Shown here in pieces: positions 37,696-49,410 of a DNA stretch of 64,000 bases. Where the stretch lies: NCBI GenBank assembly GCA_040954595.2, contig CM082581.2, positions 7,586,059 through 7,650,058 of the forward strand, read 5' to 3'. Below the pieces are notes generated by a model, which saw only the letters and a program-made list of their open reading frames with translations, made no database searches and was not told where the DNA came from. The translations under genes and the position numbers were made by a program. Source of the stretch: Balanoglossus misakiensis (taxonomy: Eukaryota; Animalia; Hemichordata). Numbering within the stretch: the stretch's first letter is position 1; each line of letters starts with the position of its first letter.

Positions 37696-40600
37696 ATCCT
37701 TCCCTTTTGCAAGTGCGTCGATGGTATCGTAGAGGTTTGAGTCAGAATTCTTTGAAATACGTGGAAGTTGATTCGTAGAAACGTGGACAGTAGCGGGAGA
37801 TGGCAGAAGTAAGGAAAGAACATAAACAAAGTAACAATCACATTGTTTTCAAAGATGTACATTGTATAGCAGTTAAACTTTGAATCCACTGTGATTTGCA
37901 AGCAACTCTGTCGCATGGGAACCAAACCCGCAGCCGCAGATGTGACGACACCCACCCTTTAAAATCAAACGGAGACTCACTATGAATTCAAACTCGCCGT
38001 AATCCACTTCGCATGTCGACTCTTTTCCACGTGCATTGCAGCTGCGTCGTTTACACCACACGCCAGCCAGAAAAGCGACGGCCCCAACCATCACCACAGA
38101 GAACACAGCCCCGAGTATGACGTACCACTTCATTCCTCCTTCAGCAACCGCTAACACTAGTAACGAAGGATTGAATTATCGAGTCCATGAATTAAATCGC
38201 TTATTTTGCAGTTATTTATCAGTTGTCAGTGTTTCCAATTTCACCATCATATCAACTGATTCAATATGTAGTTTGGAAAATAAAGAAACAGTGTGTGTTC
38301 CAGAACATATACTCACATTCTGAAAGAAACTCCTACAGAAGGTCAAATATAATAGGACAAATAGCACATGTCACGAAAAATAAAAAAAACTTACATTGCG
38401 ACACGAAGTACTCTTCATCACATGTGTGTGGATCAAGACAAAATCTCAATCGGAATAAATGGTCTTGATTAGACTCTCGCACTTGATGCTGCGTTGGAGT
38501 GAGATTAAGGCAGTCTTCCATAGCAATCCAGTCACCATTGGCTTTATATTCAACTTTCACGCATGCGTGTGTGCAATTGCCCTTTCTATAATCTGCCCAG
38601 GATAAAATCTCTCCCGACGGGTCATACGTTACAGTCGGTCTAGCTGCGGTAAGAGAACAAAAAATAGTGAATTCATCTTCCTTCAGTGACATCTCAAATG
38701 TTTTTGAAGTAACGCTAACCAATTGTTCAGTCTTGCCATTAAATATTAATTTCACACAGTTCCGATATGAGACTGAAAGGTGGTTTCGATTACTGTGAGC
38801 AAATAGAGTAACGTGATCTTTGCCCTTTTTACTTCCGAGGAAACCTCATAGAATTGTCATATAAAGAGGATGTCAAGAGCTGTTTCCAGTTAGATAAAAC
38901 GAACTGTTTTTGTTTCTCGAGTTTCGTATGTAGGAAGTTGACTTCAAGTTAAAACATCGAAAGGGTCTCACCACAAGTTGATAAGGTTGCGGTATCAAAG
39001 ACATCACTTTTTCCGGTATTATCAACCGTAAAAGCCATGACGTCATACATTGAGGATTCTACCAGGCCAGTCAGATTGGCAAGACGGTCAGCTTGGTTGG
39101 AACTTGTCCGATTCATGGAATGGTGTGTGCCCGTCTGCTTGTATTCAATGACGTATTGGGCGTTATCGGCGCCATGGTCATCTAATCCCGAACTGATGTT
39201 CACAAGGGCCCAGTTGAACGTGATCCAGGTGAAAGCCATTGTCGGTTTGCCGGATTTTACTAAATGAGAATGAAATCACAAAAACGATAATGTCATTACA
39301 AGTTTTGTTCACCATGAAAAACTATACTTTGTGAAAATTTCAAAACTTCGGCGTCGGTGCGAAGCTTCGATATACAGATGTCGAGAAACGCGTGTCTCAA
39401 TCCTCACATTAAAACAATTGGTTAATTAAAGACTTACCAATTTTTATTGGATTCCCTTGGCGTGGCTCTGGAAAGTAAACAGAAGAGGCAACATTGTTGT
39501 TAATTATGATTAAATACGAATGTACATTTATTATCATAAAAAAAATCGTGGAGAAGACAACAACAGGGAGAAACTGACGGGCATTAACTGCCAATCTACT
39601 ATACAGCCTGACAGGAAGGCAAGCAGACAGATAAGGTGAGAGAGACACATCACCTTTACTGACGAGTTCAATTCTGAACCGCTCCGTTCCAATCTTGTTC
39701 GACGCGATTAGTTCATAGACACCAAAATGCTCTTCGCGGACTTCAGCGATGAACAGGCTGCTGCTGTTCGACGTCTTGGTGGAGTTGGTGAAAGTCACAC
39801 CGTCTTTACTCCAGTCAGCGAAGTCCACCGGGAGGGGACTGGCTTCCACTACAACTGTCATTTGAACTGCCTCCGCTACGTTTGCTGAGAACTGCCTCCC
39901 TCCAATTAGCGTTGGAAGATCTGTTGTGTGAAAGTAACAAATCGCGTAAAAGTTCGGGTGAGCGTGGAAAATTGTCGCATATGAAATTCAAAATGGCCGG
40001 CCGCCAAACTCATAACCGGGACTGGATACCACCAAGAAGGAACACGTTGAAAAACCGTGATTAATCGTCCAAAATATCAGTCACAACCGATCAACGGACA
40101 TGCAGAGCCACTTACATTGGACATTAACCTCTACAGACCGAACGTCCTCTCCAAGTTGCCCATCGTGTAGTGTGTTGACGGCAGAGCAGGTGTACACCCC
40201 GGCTTGGGTTCGGCGAATTTCCCGAAATTCTACCACCTCCCCTTCATGTATGGACAGATCAGGCCAGGTCCAGCTCACGTGGGCTTTAGGATTAGCATCG
40301 ACAATGCATTCAAGTCGCAGATCTTCACCCTCTGTAAGAGTTGTGTCGCCCACCGGCGCTATTTCTGGAGGATCTGGAAAAAAAAACATTCAAACTTCAG
40401 TAACGTTTTTCTTTCAATAAATATTATTTTTCTCTGCGTTCTCTTCAGTTTACATGTGACCAAAGCGAGGAGTTCGGGAAATGGTATATTCTAAACAAGT
40501 GTATCTCGAAATATCAGCGCAAACATAAACGCATTATTCTTACATTGAACATCCAGGAGCACTCTCTCCGACGCGCCATCTTGTCTGCCGTCGTAGAATA

Positions 40601-42118
40601 CACTGACAGCACCGCAGCTATATGACCCCGAGTGGTTTCTGTGCGTGTTGTCAATAGTCAATTCTGGTCCGACCGACAGAACATTTCCACCAGGATCTCG
40701 CCAGGTGTATGTGGGAGCAGGATTGCTATCAGCGGCACACGTTGCTTTAAACACGGCGTGTTCTTTAATGATCACATCGTTGGGAGGCTGTATGGCCGCT
40801 CCTTCAGGGGGGTCTGCAAGAAAGCATGGAGAGTAAGCCACACCCAATAGAAATGCAATTATGTAAATTAATGTAAATGACGATGCCAGGTGTTTTATAT
40901 TATCACTCATACATTCGGAATAACTGACACTGAATGTTGAATCTTATGCTTTGTCCGCATGTCGGCGATTCCTGCAGGTCATGATGGGTAAATCTGCAGT
41001 TATACACGTTGCCGTGGTCTTCTTTGTTGATCTCAATTGACAGTGCAAGAGGCGAATGACCAGTGGCGTTGGTGATGTCCTCTCCGTTAACACTCCACTT
41101 CAGTTCGCCTGGTGGCGCCACCGAACCTGTGTCACAGGTGAGAGTGATGACGTCACCGATAACTACTGTGTTGTCCGGACCGGTGTGTTCAGCTGAGCAG
41201 GTCAGATCATCTGAAAAATGAGGAAGCATCCATGAAAACCCGTGCAAGTTTGAAAATTTAATAACTTTTCATTGCACTTTCCGAAGTTTGAAATTTAAAA
41301 TAATCTAAATTTTGCAATTTTAACCACAGAAACGATTCCCATTTGACCAATAAACAAACACCAAATTCATCGTTATACAAATAAATCGCGTAAAACACTC
41401 ATAACGCACCGACGATTCTCAACATGGCACTCTTGAAACTTGGATCAGTGCCGAAATTTTCGCAATTCCACAAGCCAGCGTCGGCGTCGGCATCAACGTT
41501 GGAGATCGTCAGATGATATTCCGCCCGAGACTGGTCTCCGGTGATCGCACAATTGCTGCAGACCGTGGAGTCGACATCCGTTCCCGCCGAGACGAATCTC
41601 TCCCTCGGCGATTTCTGTGACCACTGCGGCCAGCCAGGGTCGCCGTTCACCGTGTCGAATTTGCATTCAAGTGTCACCGTCGCGCCTTGCAGTACAAGCA
41701 TGTCTTGCGGAACTCGATCCCAGTTTATTCCTAAGAACACATACAAAGGGACTAGCATTTAGTTATGTCTTCTGTTGCAATATCCCATTGCCAAAACGCA
41801 CCAGGAGCCTCTGAAATATGCGACCAACTTCACGTTTAGCAAGTGTTATTGGTCGTTTTTAGAGTGAGAAAAGACAACGCAATGTGGTTTTAGGCTTGAA
41901 AGAATCATTTCTTTATAGTAAAAAGACGAATAGTGTCCCAGTGACCAATAGGCAAGAAAGTTGAATCTGAAGCATTCAAGCGACATGAAAGCAGGTCTGG
42001 TCATTCCGTTTGGCATACCATTGCACTGACATCGTCCATTCTGAAGTTACCACCTACCTTGACCGACACCGGCACCAAGCCAGGCAAAAATCACCGCAAA
42101 TACAGGTACACGCGTCAT
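37696..42118 (-). CDS. IgSF type I membrane receptor A (nephrin/Kirre-like V domain): SP-V-Ig-Ig-Ig-Ig-FN3-FN3-like-TM-cytoplasmic tail; terminal exon unresolved
   Basis: Exons 42118-42058 (signal peptide), 41730-41410, 41210-40929, 40813-40544, 40373-40116, 39920-39654, 39467-39438, 39259-38972, 38643-38395, 38156-37981 (TM WYVILGAVFSVVMVGAVAFLAGVWC-KRR), 37749-37696; domain exons all phase 1-1. Confidence 0.88.
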
Positions 42119-42386
42119 CTCTCCCGAAAACTAAACGCGTCTGAGTTAACCCCTGCAAAACATGTTTTCCTAAAATCGTGCATACATTGTTATGTAAATT
42201 TTCCAAACTACAGTAGTTCCGTAAATCCTGCAGCGAACAGATAAGATTCAGTCGTAATTGTCTGTATAGTACTGCTGTTTTATGTTTTGTTAATTCGCTC
42301 TCGCTTCCCCTTGTATGCATCGTGTACTTTATTTCTTTACTCCAGTGTTGTACAGGAGGAAGTTGTGTGTAAGTTTGAGTGTAGGA

Positions 42387-42421
42387 CACAGTCCCTCAGG
42401 AATCTTTCTTGGGGGACTGTG
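42387..42421. mobile_element. 35-bp TIR remnant with 7-bp TSD
   Basis: TGTAGGA-CACAGTCCC...GGGACTGTG-TGTAGGA. Confidence 0.65.
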
Positions 42422-43384
42422 TGTAGGAGTAACACATTGGGGTACACTCAATAGTATGGCCGCCACTATTTCAATAATTACAGTTTATTAAACGAAAATA
42501 TGCCATCGGTACAAAGTGAGTACAGTATTCAGATGCACAAATCGGAAGAAAACGTTGCATTGCTTGATTGCATGAGAATGTAATATTCAATTCAGTATCG
42601 TAGGATATTTATGTGTAAAAGTATCTGAGAATGTAATGAAGTGGTAGACTTGACTATAGAAAAGTAATGATCATCCTCCATACTTTGACCAATGCAGTTA
42701 TAAACACATCCTATGTTGTAAATACATCCTCACCATTGTTATGCTGTCGCCCTTTTAATTTAGTTCGTATAAAAAGTTGGAAAGCGTCTCTCTGAAGTTA
42801 TTCTTTCGTTAGTATTTAGATTCCATTCTCGTTCAAAAAATACACTTGTTTCTATATTAATGCCTATTTTAACATTTCACTCTCTCTAAAATCCATCGCC
42901 ATATAAAAAAGATGAAAAATCGTCAACACTGGCATCAGATTCTTTGTATAATATGCCCATCTATCATTGAAAGTATTATGTAAATTACTCTAAAGTCAGT
43001 CTATTTTCTGTTAGAAACATGGTGTCAAATGTTTTTAAGAATGGTAAAAAAAATCTACAGAGAAACGACACATCGAATAAGCTACTAACCCTACAGCCAT
43101 GGATTAGGATACTAGAATCATAAATGGAAGACCTTGGTCGGATTCTTTCTTCCATAAATATTCTCTACATGTATTTCGATGTGAACGTCACCGAACAAGT
43201 TTACATTTAACACCAAATCAGCTATTCTTACTGGCAAGGTAGTTAAAATTCGCGCGAAGATATGGAGTTCCCCAGCTTGGAGCGTCGCGTATTTTTACAT
43301 ACTTGGGCTTGAATTGGTACATGTATGTGGGCATCGTTGTACCATGTAATCTTCGGTTTGTCTGTGGATGTGACGCCCTCAGTG

Positions 43385-45727
43385 TCAATTTACAGAGTAA
43401 CACGGTGAACAGAGAACGGTCGCTAGAAGTACAGACAGCAGCGTGATGATTAACTTCCCCGTTGACGACACTTCGCCGGACGAGGCGCTTGTCGATCCAC
43501 CATACGCCCTTGTCACTGTGATAAGGTATAATAATTACAGTTGTATTGTTAAACGTATAACTTAAACAGTCTCAGGGGTGTTTGTGGGGGGGGGGGGGGA
43601 TCAAACGGCAATAAAATGCCCTCCAAATACTTCTATGGCATTATTTTATGTTGTAAACACTGTCACTGTCAAGTCGAAACAATACATGTATATAGTATTT
43701 CTTACTATAGTTTGTGAGTGTCCAGGGTTCTGACGTGTTCTTCCCGTGATCATTGGTTGCTACGCAAGTGATATTTACAGCCTTTGATGGAGATACGTCG
43801 ACTGTCTCACCGCTCTTTCCTAAACTTGGCCAGTAGTACGAAGCCGGCGGGTTACTGTCCGAAGAACACGTCAGCCGTATTAGGTTAGACAAGAACTCTT
43901 CGTGACGAATAGTGGTGTTATGTGGCCCATCTGGAATGAAATTTCAATAATCAATTGAAGTCTTACATTTTCGTACATATCCACAATAATCAAGCTTTGG
44001 CTTGGGAAATATTCCGAATACGAAAACGTGGGATATGTTTTCGGGGTATGTACCATGAAAATGTACTATAACTGTTAAATTACAGGCCTGGGCCTTATAC
44101 ACACCTCCAAAGCTAGATATCTGCGCACAGTCGTAAACTTTCCCGTGTATATGTTGATAAATGACGACAAGCTACCTCGTTTAAGACTTGTACTTTGTAC
44201 TTCATACTTACAATGCACCCCTAAGGTTATATATGCCTCCTTATCGGTTGGTGTAACGCTGTTCGAGGCTTTGCATGAGATTCGTTTTCCGTCATCCTCT
44301 CGGGACGCATTCAGCCCGAGTTTGGTGAGGTTCTCCGAACCTGGTATCAAAATATCGTCCCTGTACCATGTGAGCCTGACACAAGGTGATTGACAACCGC
44401 GAGGAATACATCGCAGTGTGATCGGAGCACCTTCGCGTGTTTCGTAGACTCTGCCTGTTCTGTGTGTATCTTGTGGTTCGTCGGCTATGCCTATGTCCAA
44501 ACCCGTGCAGGGACCTGTAAAATTAATGCGAGTGAATGCAGTTGGCTCGTGTAGTATATGGATCTGATTTGATACGTGGTTACACATCAAGGAAACCAAG
44601 CCAATGTCAACATTGGTGTAGGTGATAATGAAGCGAAAGCGATGAAGACCATAGTAAATTCAATAAAAGCGAAGGGACAGTTTTGTATGACTCAGCTACG
44701 AATACGTCACGTGCATAAATTATCAGGTGATTGTGCAACGTACTTGGAAACGCAATGGTCGTTTCATAGTAATTTGGGTCTGCTCTGAATTGTGAGCATC
44801 TCCATGTACCAATGTGATGACTCGTCACAACGCCGATGGTCAGGTGATATTCGCCTTCAAAGTGGTTGCCGGTGATATTGCACGTTTGACAGTCTCGAAT
44901 ATTTTGTCCCGAAGACACACGTCTATAGTTTGGGCTTTGTTGAGACCATGTTGGCTTATGGCCATGCTGTGTAAGTCCCGAAAGACTGCAAGTCAGTGTA
45001 ACTGTACCATTTTCTGTCGAACAAACATCTGTTGCTGGTTTGGTTTGCCATCTATGTGTGCCTGTAAACATGGAAAGATATAATGGTCATATATATGTAC
45101 AACGTGACAGTAGCTCTACCGAATGATATATGTTTGAATCGCCGCATGACATCGACAGCCAGCAGGGATTTCCCTTCACGTGGGAAGATTCTACTGCGCA
45201 GGTCTAAAGTTGTCAATTAAGTACGTGACTGAAATTTTAAGGACACGGCGGAATGATGCCGAACCAAAACAACAAGCAAGTGTTAAAATAAAAGGGTGAC
45301 ACCACTCCGGTCTAGTTCTCTGCAGTACACCGATGTCCCCAAGTTTGAAATTTATCGATTTGTCTGATTGACCATTACAGTATCAGACAGTATTTGGCAT
45401 GAAATTGTTAGTGTATTTTGACGAGGCGCCTCGGTTGCCATGCATACTGCAGATTAGAGAAAGCATTCGCCATCGTTGCGTATAATTTCATCTGTATTCA
45501 TCACAATAACACATAACAAATAGCTACACATACCATCAATGAGCATCGACCCCCAATAATACACGGCGATTAACTAATAAGCAATATAGGTCACATCGAA
45601 ATTAATGTCGATACATTCTTGAGGGGATCTGTCAATACACTACATGTATATATAAAGCGATTCAAATCACGCCATTCTTACCTCTCACAGCAGACACTAG
45701 AAGAGAGAATATCACAACGGACAGCAT
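43385..45727 (-). CDS. IgSF protein B: SP-V-Ig-Ig with hydrophobic C-terminus (probable GPI anchor)
   Basis: Exons 45727-45682 (MLSVVIFSLLVSAVRG), 45061-44744, 44514-44212, 43930-43706, 43515-43385 (GGSTSASSGEVSSTGKLIITLLSVLLATVLCSPCYSVN-stop); phases consistent; V domain homologous to receptor A. Confidence 0.82.
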
Positions 45728-46095
45728 TTTGTGTTTCACGCAGACGTTAGATATGCGATTGTGGTTTGAGACAGAGAAACCCACTAACAACATGTGACCG
45801 CTCAGCCATTGTTAGATCGTGATGCACGGGGAATTTCCCAGACGTACTTGCTATTCGGGTAATTTTACTGACGCATCAAAATGATGTCACAGCTACAATC
45901 GACGACTCAATTTCAACATTATTAACGTCCAGACACAAAACACTAGTACGTAATTTTTTTACGACCTGTCTGACACATCGATGACCTCTTAGTTTCGCAT
46001 CACATCATGATTATTTTTTAAATGGGATACCCCTACTGAAAGGATCTCTACATTGAGCAATACGCATGTCATATATGAATATGTATGCATGTATA

Positions 46096-46267
46096 GTATG
46101 TATGTATGTATGTATGTATGTATGTATGTATGTATGTATGTATGTATGTATGTATGTATGTATGTATGTATGTATGTATGTATGTATGTATGTATGTATG
46201 TATGTATGTATGTATGTATGTATGTATGTATGTATGTATGTATGTATGTATGTATGTATGTATGTAT
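46096..46267. repeat. (TATG)n microsatellite, about 43 units
   Basis: Direct reading; explains the YVCM/IHTY ORFs. Confidence 0.98.
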
Positions 46268-46297
46268 ATTTTTGGTAGAAGCTTAACAAGAACTTAC

Positions 46298-46352
46298 ATT
46301 CAACAGTAAACAGCACGACAAACAACAACAGTGATACTTGGTAGACGCACAT
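46298..46352 (-). CDS. Second (distal) signal-peptide exon for IgSF gene B
   Basis: MCVYQVSLLLFVVLFTVE + phase-1 donor GTAAGT; splices in frame to the V exon at 45061. Confidence 0.6.
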
Positions 46353-49300
46353 CTCATCAATCCTGCAGTTTATGAATACTCCAAAGAAGTCGAAGTCGTC
46401 ATGATATCCGTCAAAGCACGTGATTCCAGGTAGTCGCTGGCGGGAATTTTCTCTCCTTCGATCCACTTGAGGACTTCAACACCCACACCGCACTAGCGTT
46501 GGCCTTGAATAACAGCCACTGGGGGTTCAAAGTTTCGGTTTCCATAGTGCGTGGAATTTATTACGCTCTCAAGGAGATCCGGCATAAATTGAGATATATT
46601 ACATGTTGTGAAGGCCTGTCATACATGTCTATGTGGCCAATGTGACGACACTATTTAATTAATTTAGTTTAGACACAGCGAACAGAAGATTAGTCCAGAG
46701 GGTAAATTCACTTCAGTGGTGCTATCGGAGTGCATTGTGAAGTCTAAGCTACTGTGCCAAAGGTGAGAAGGGGCAGTAAACCGAGAATGGAGTGCCTGAC
46801 CTTATGGACCCGGGCATTGCACAGGTATCGGCGGTCTCTTAGCAATAGTAGTATTATGATAAGGATAGTCAGCTTGTTTCCAAGTCCAAACATTTGAATG
46901 TTCGTGAAATAATTAATACAGACGAAGATTTCTTCACAGACAACACCCACTTTTAAAAAGCCACGTTTATTTTTTTATTTCTTGTATGACATTACAATTC
47001 ACCCGACATCTTAAGTGATTGATGTCAGTGCTACTTCTTTATGAAAGCTGTATGAACACTACATGGTCCGGGATTCACAACAATATAGCTCATTGAAATA
47101 TATATTCATATGTTTGTCTATTCTGGGATATAAATTACTGAACTTGGCACAAGAGTACATTTTTTATTTGCATATCATGCCCCACAGCGCCCTCGCTCGG
47201 CGTCTTTGATAAGACAGGAGGAGTGCATGGCTGCGAATCTTGAAAACAAATCTCTCGGCGTTTTCCAAGCACGTTACGCCATTTTTTTAATTGGTTGATA
47301 TTCTAATACGCATGTCCACACCCTTTGCTATAACCAGGGATCGATATGTTTGTGTTTATCCAGTCAAATTGGCCATTTTAAGTTTGAAAGTAAAATCGTG
47401 AAAATAGTGCAAAAAATGGCGGGTGTTGGGGCTTAAACTTTGGTAAATGTCTGAATGTGTTTTTTAACATTCCACTCTTAGCATCCGCAGTTAATTCGTA
47501 TTCAAAGCACAGTCGACGGCTTGACTGTGTTTGTCTCTCAACACACCAACACGTTCGCGGTATACCTTCATCGCGTCGGTCGCTCAAGCTGCCGCTTCCG
47601 TTGCCAAGCAATTGCCTCTCCTCTAAGTTTCGACTTCTCGTTTACCTTCGGAAAACCAGGCGCCTTTCGCGCTGTTTCCTTGGTTACAGTGACGGAGCTT
47701 CCGAGTGATAAACTTTCAGCGCTGCTGTAACAAGGAACACGCTCTCTATTTAGCTCGGGTAAAGAATTGCCAGGAACTCGGGGATTTCATTCTGCGTCAT
47801 ACTGAACTTTTTTATCGGATACAATTGCTTTATCACAAAGTAGCAAATTGAGAGGAAAACGTTTTCTAAGGTGCTCACCGCTAAACCATTTCACGGGTCT
47901 GTGATTAGATCAAATTGAATCCGACAGCCTTGTTGGTGTCTTATATTAATGGCGTCATTAGTTCTCACCACAGTTAGGAACAAATGATGTTTAGGTAGGC
48001 AGGAGGCGTTTTAGAAAAATAAATTCATACGAATTATTGAAGTCGACGATCATGTAAAATGACGTCAAAATGTCAAAAAGTGTCAATCCAAACTTAAAGG
48101 CTGATATCTTTACATAGTATGAAGTGAAATCAAGAAAACCAGCAGATACAAGTACAATATTCGCACAACCTAACAATTAAAAATCCTACCACACAACTGT
48201 CATGTTAAAAAATGTCAGTAATCGTGTACTGGCAGTTCTGTGAATGAACACTGACTATTTTATTCTGAAAAATAACCACATAGTCCCTTTGGAACTTTTT
48301 AAATGGCAACACTGTACAATGACGTCATCACAATACAAAGAATTGACTAGGAAACAAATGAGATCATTACAACACGAACTGTAAGAGCCATTAGGCATTT
48401 GTGTCTTTTATCTGGTGGACGGAAAAGAGATTGTTATTGCTTTCCAAATCTTTCAATCGTCAAACGCTTGAGATAAAATAGAACATTTGTCTTCAATTGA
48501 CCTAAATATCCGCTGTATAGTATGTATTCAACCACTAAGGTTCTACACAGCTTCACTGATGAAAGGCGATACCGAAAGTATTCAACTCGCACGTCGGTTG
48601 CTTACATATGACCGGGCTCTAACTTCTGCGCGTTGAATATACTGTGTCGTTTCGTTGGTTTTCGTGATGGATAGCTGGCCTCGCTGCAGCTTTGCATATG
48701 TCTGTAAACTCTGTAAATTTTGATAGAATTGTACAGATCGCAGTGACAAAACCAGCTGCAGAGCGCCGAGCTTTTTTTCAAATTTACAAACGACAGCATA
48801 TACTCTTTAATTACATAAAATAAGTGGATATTCGCCATTTCATTAAATCTTGAAATTTATATCTTTGGTATTAGGATAGTTTGGAGGAATCGAAAGGTTT
48901 CAAAAATGACCATTTTGATAACTGTGACGTCAATAGCCAATAAATCTACAATCTAGCTGCGCACGTATTCGACCTGTGTGGTTTTATATTCTTTACCTTT
49001 CAAGAGAAACAACATTTCCGTTAGCAACCGTTGCCACGCAATTTGAACATTTCGTTATCGCCCTTACATTACGTAACTTTAAGGTATCCAAGTCAGTACA
49101 GAAGGATATTCCTAAGGATATATTTGAAAAGTATTTAATGTTTATATGCCTACATCTATTGTATATAATTTGTGTCGTATTTTGACAATTTTTTCATACG
49201 ACATGTTTCTCAGACGTGTCTGGACGGATATACCTTGTTTAATTGATGCAAGAATGCGGCATATAAGATTTGTTATTATTAAAACCTTACTTTTTCTACA

Positions 49301-49410
49301 ATTTCTCACGCAGTTATCGTCAGTGATTCAAGTTGGTATTTAACAGAACTTCCATTGTATGCAAAATAATCTAGCAACTGTTTTATAGTCAATCGATGCC
49401 TCTAGTCTCT

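Larger units (their letters stand above)
45165..46543. promoter_or_regulatory. Cluster of NF-kB sites and an ISRE/IRF element around the leaders of IgSF gene B
   Basis: GGGATTTCCC 45165-45174, GGGGAATTTCCC 45828-45839, GGGAATTTTC 46442-46451, AGTTTCGGTTTCC 46531-46543. Confidence 0.6.

Noticed and set aside
45533-45580. Possible third leader exon for IgSF gene B
   Set aside because: Donor-like site present but no in-frame ATG or convincing signal peptide
46011-46466. ORFs with IHTY/YVCM repeats
   Set aside because: Translations of the (TATG)n microsatellite; only the leader exon 46298-46352 is credible
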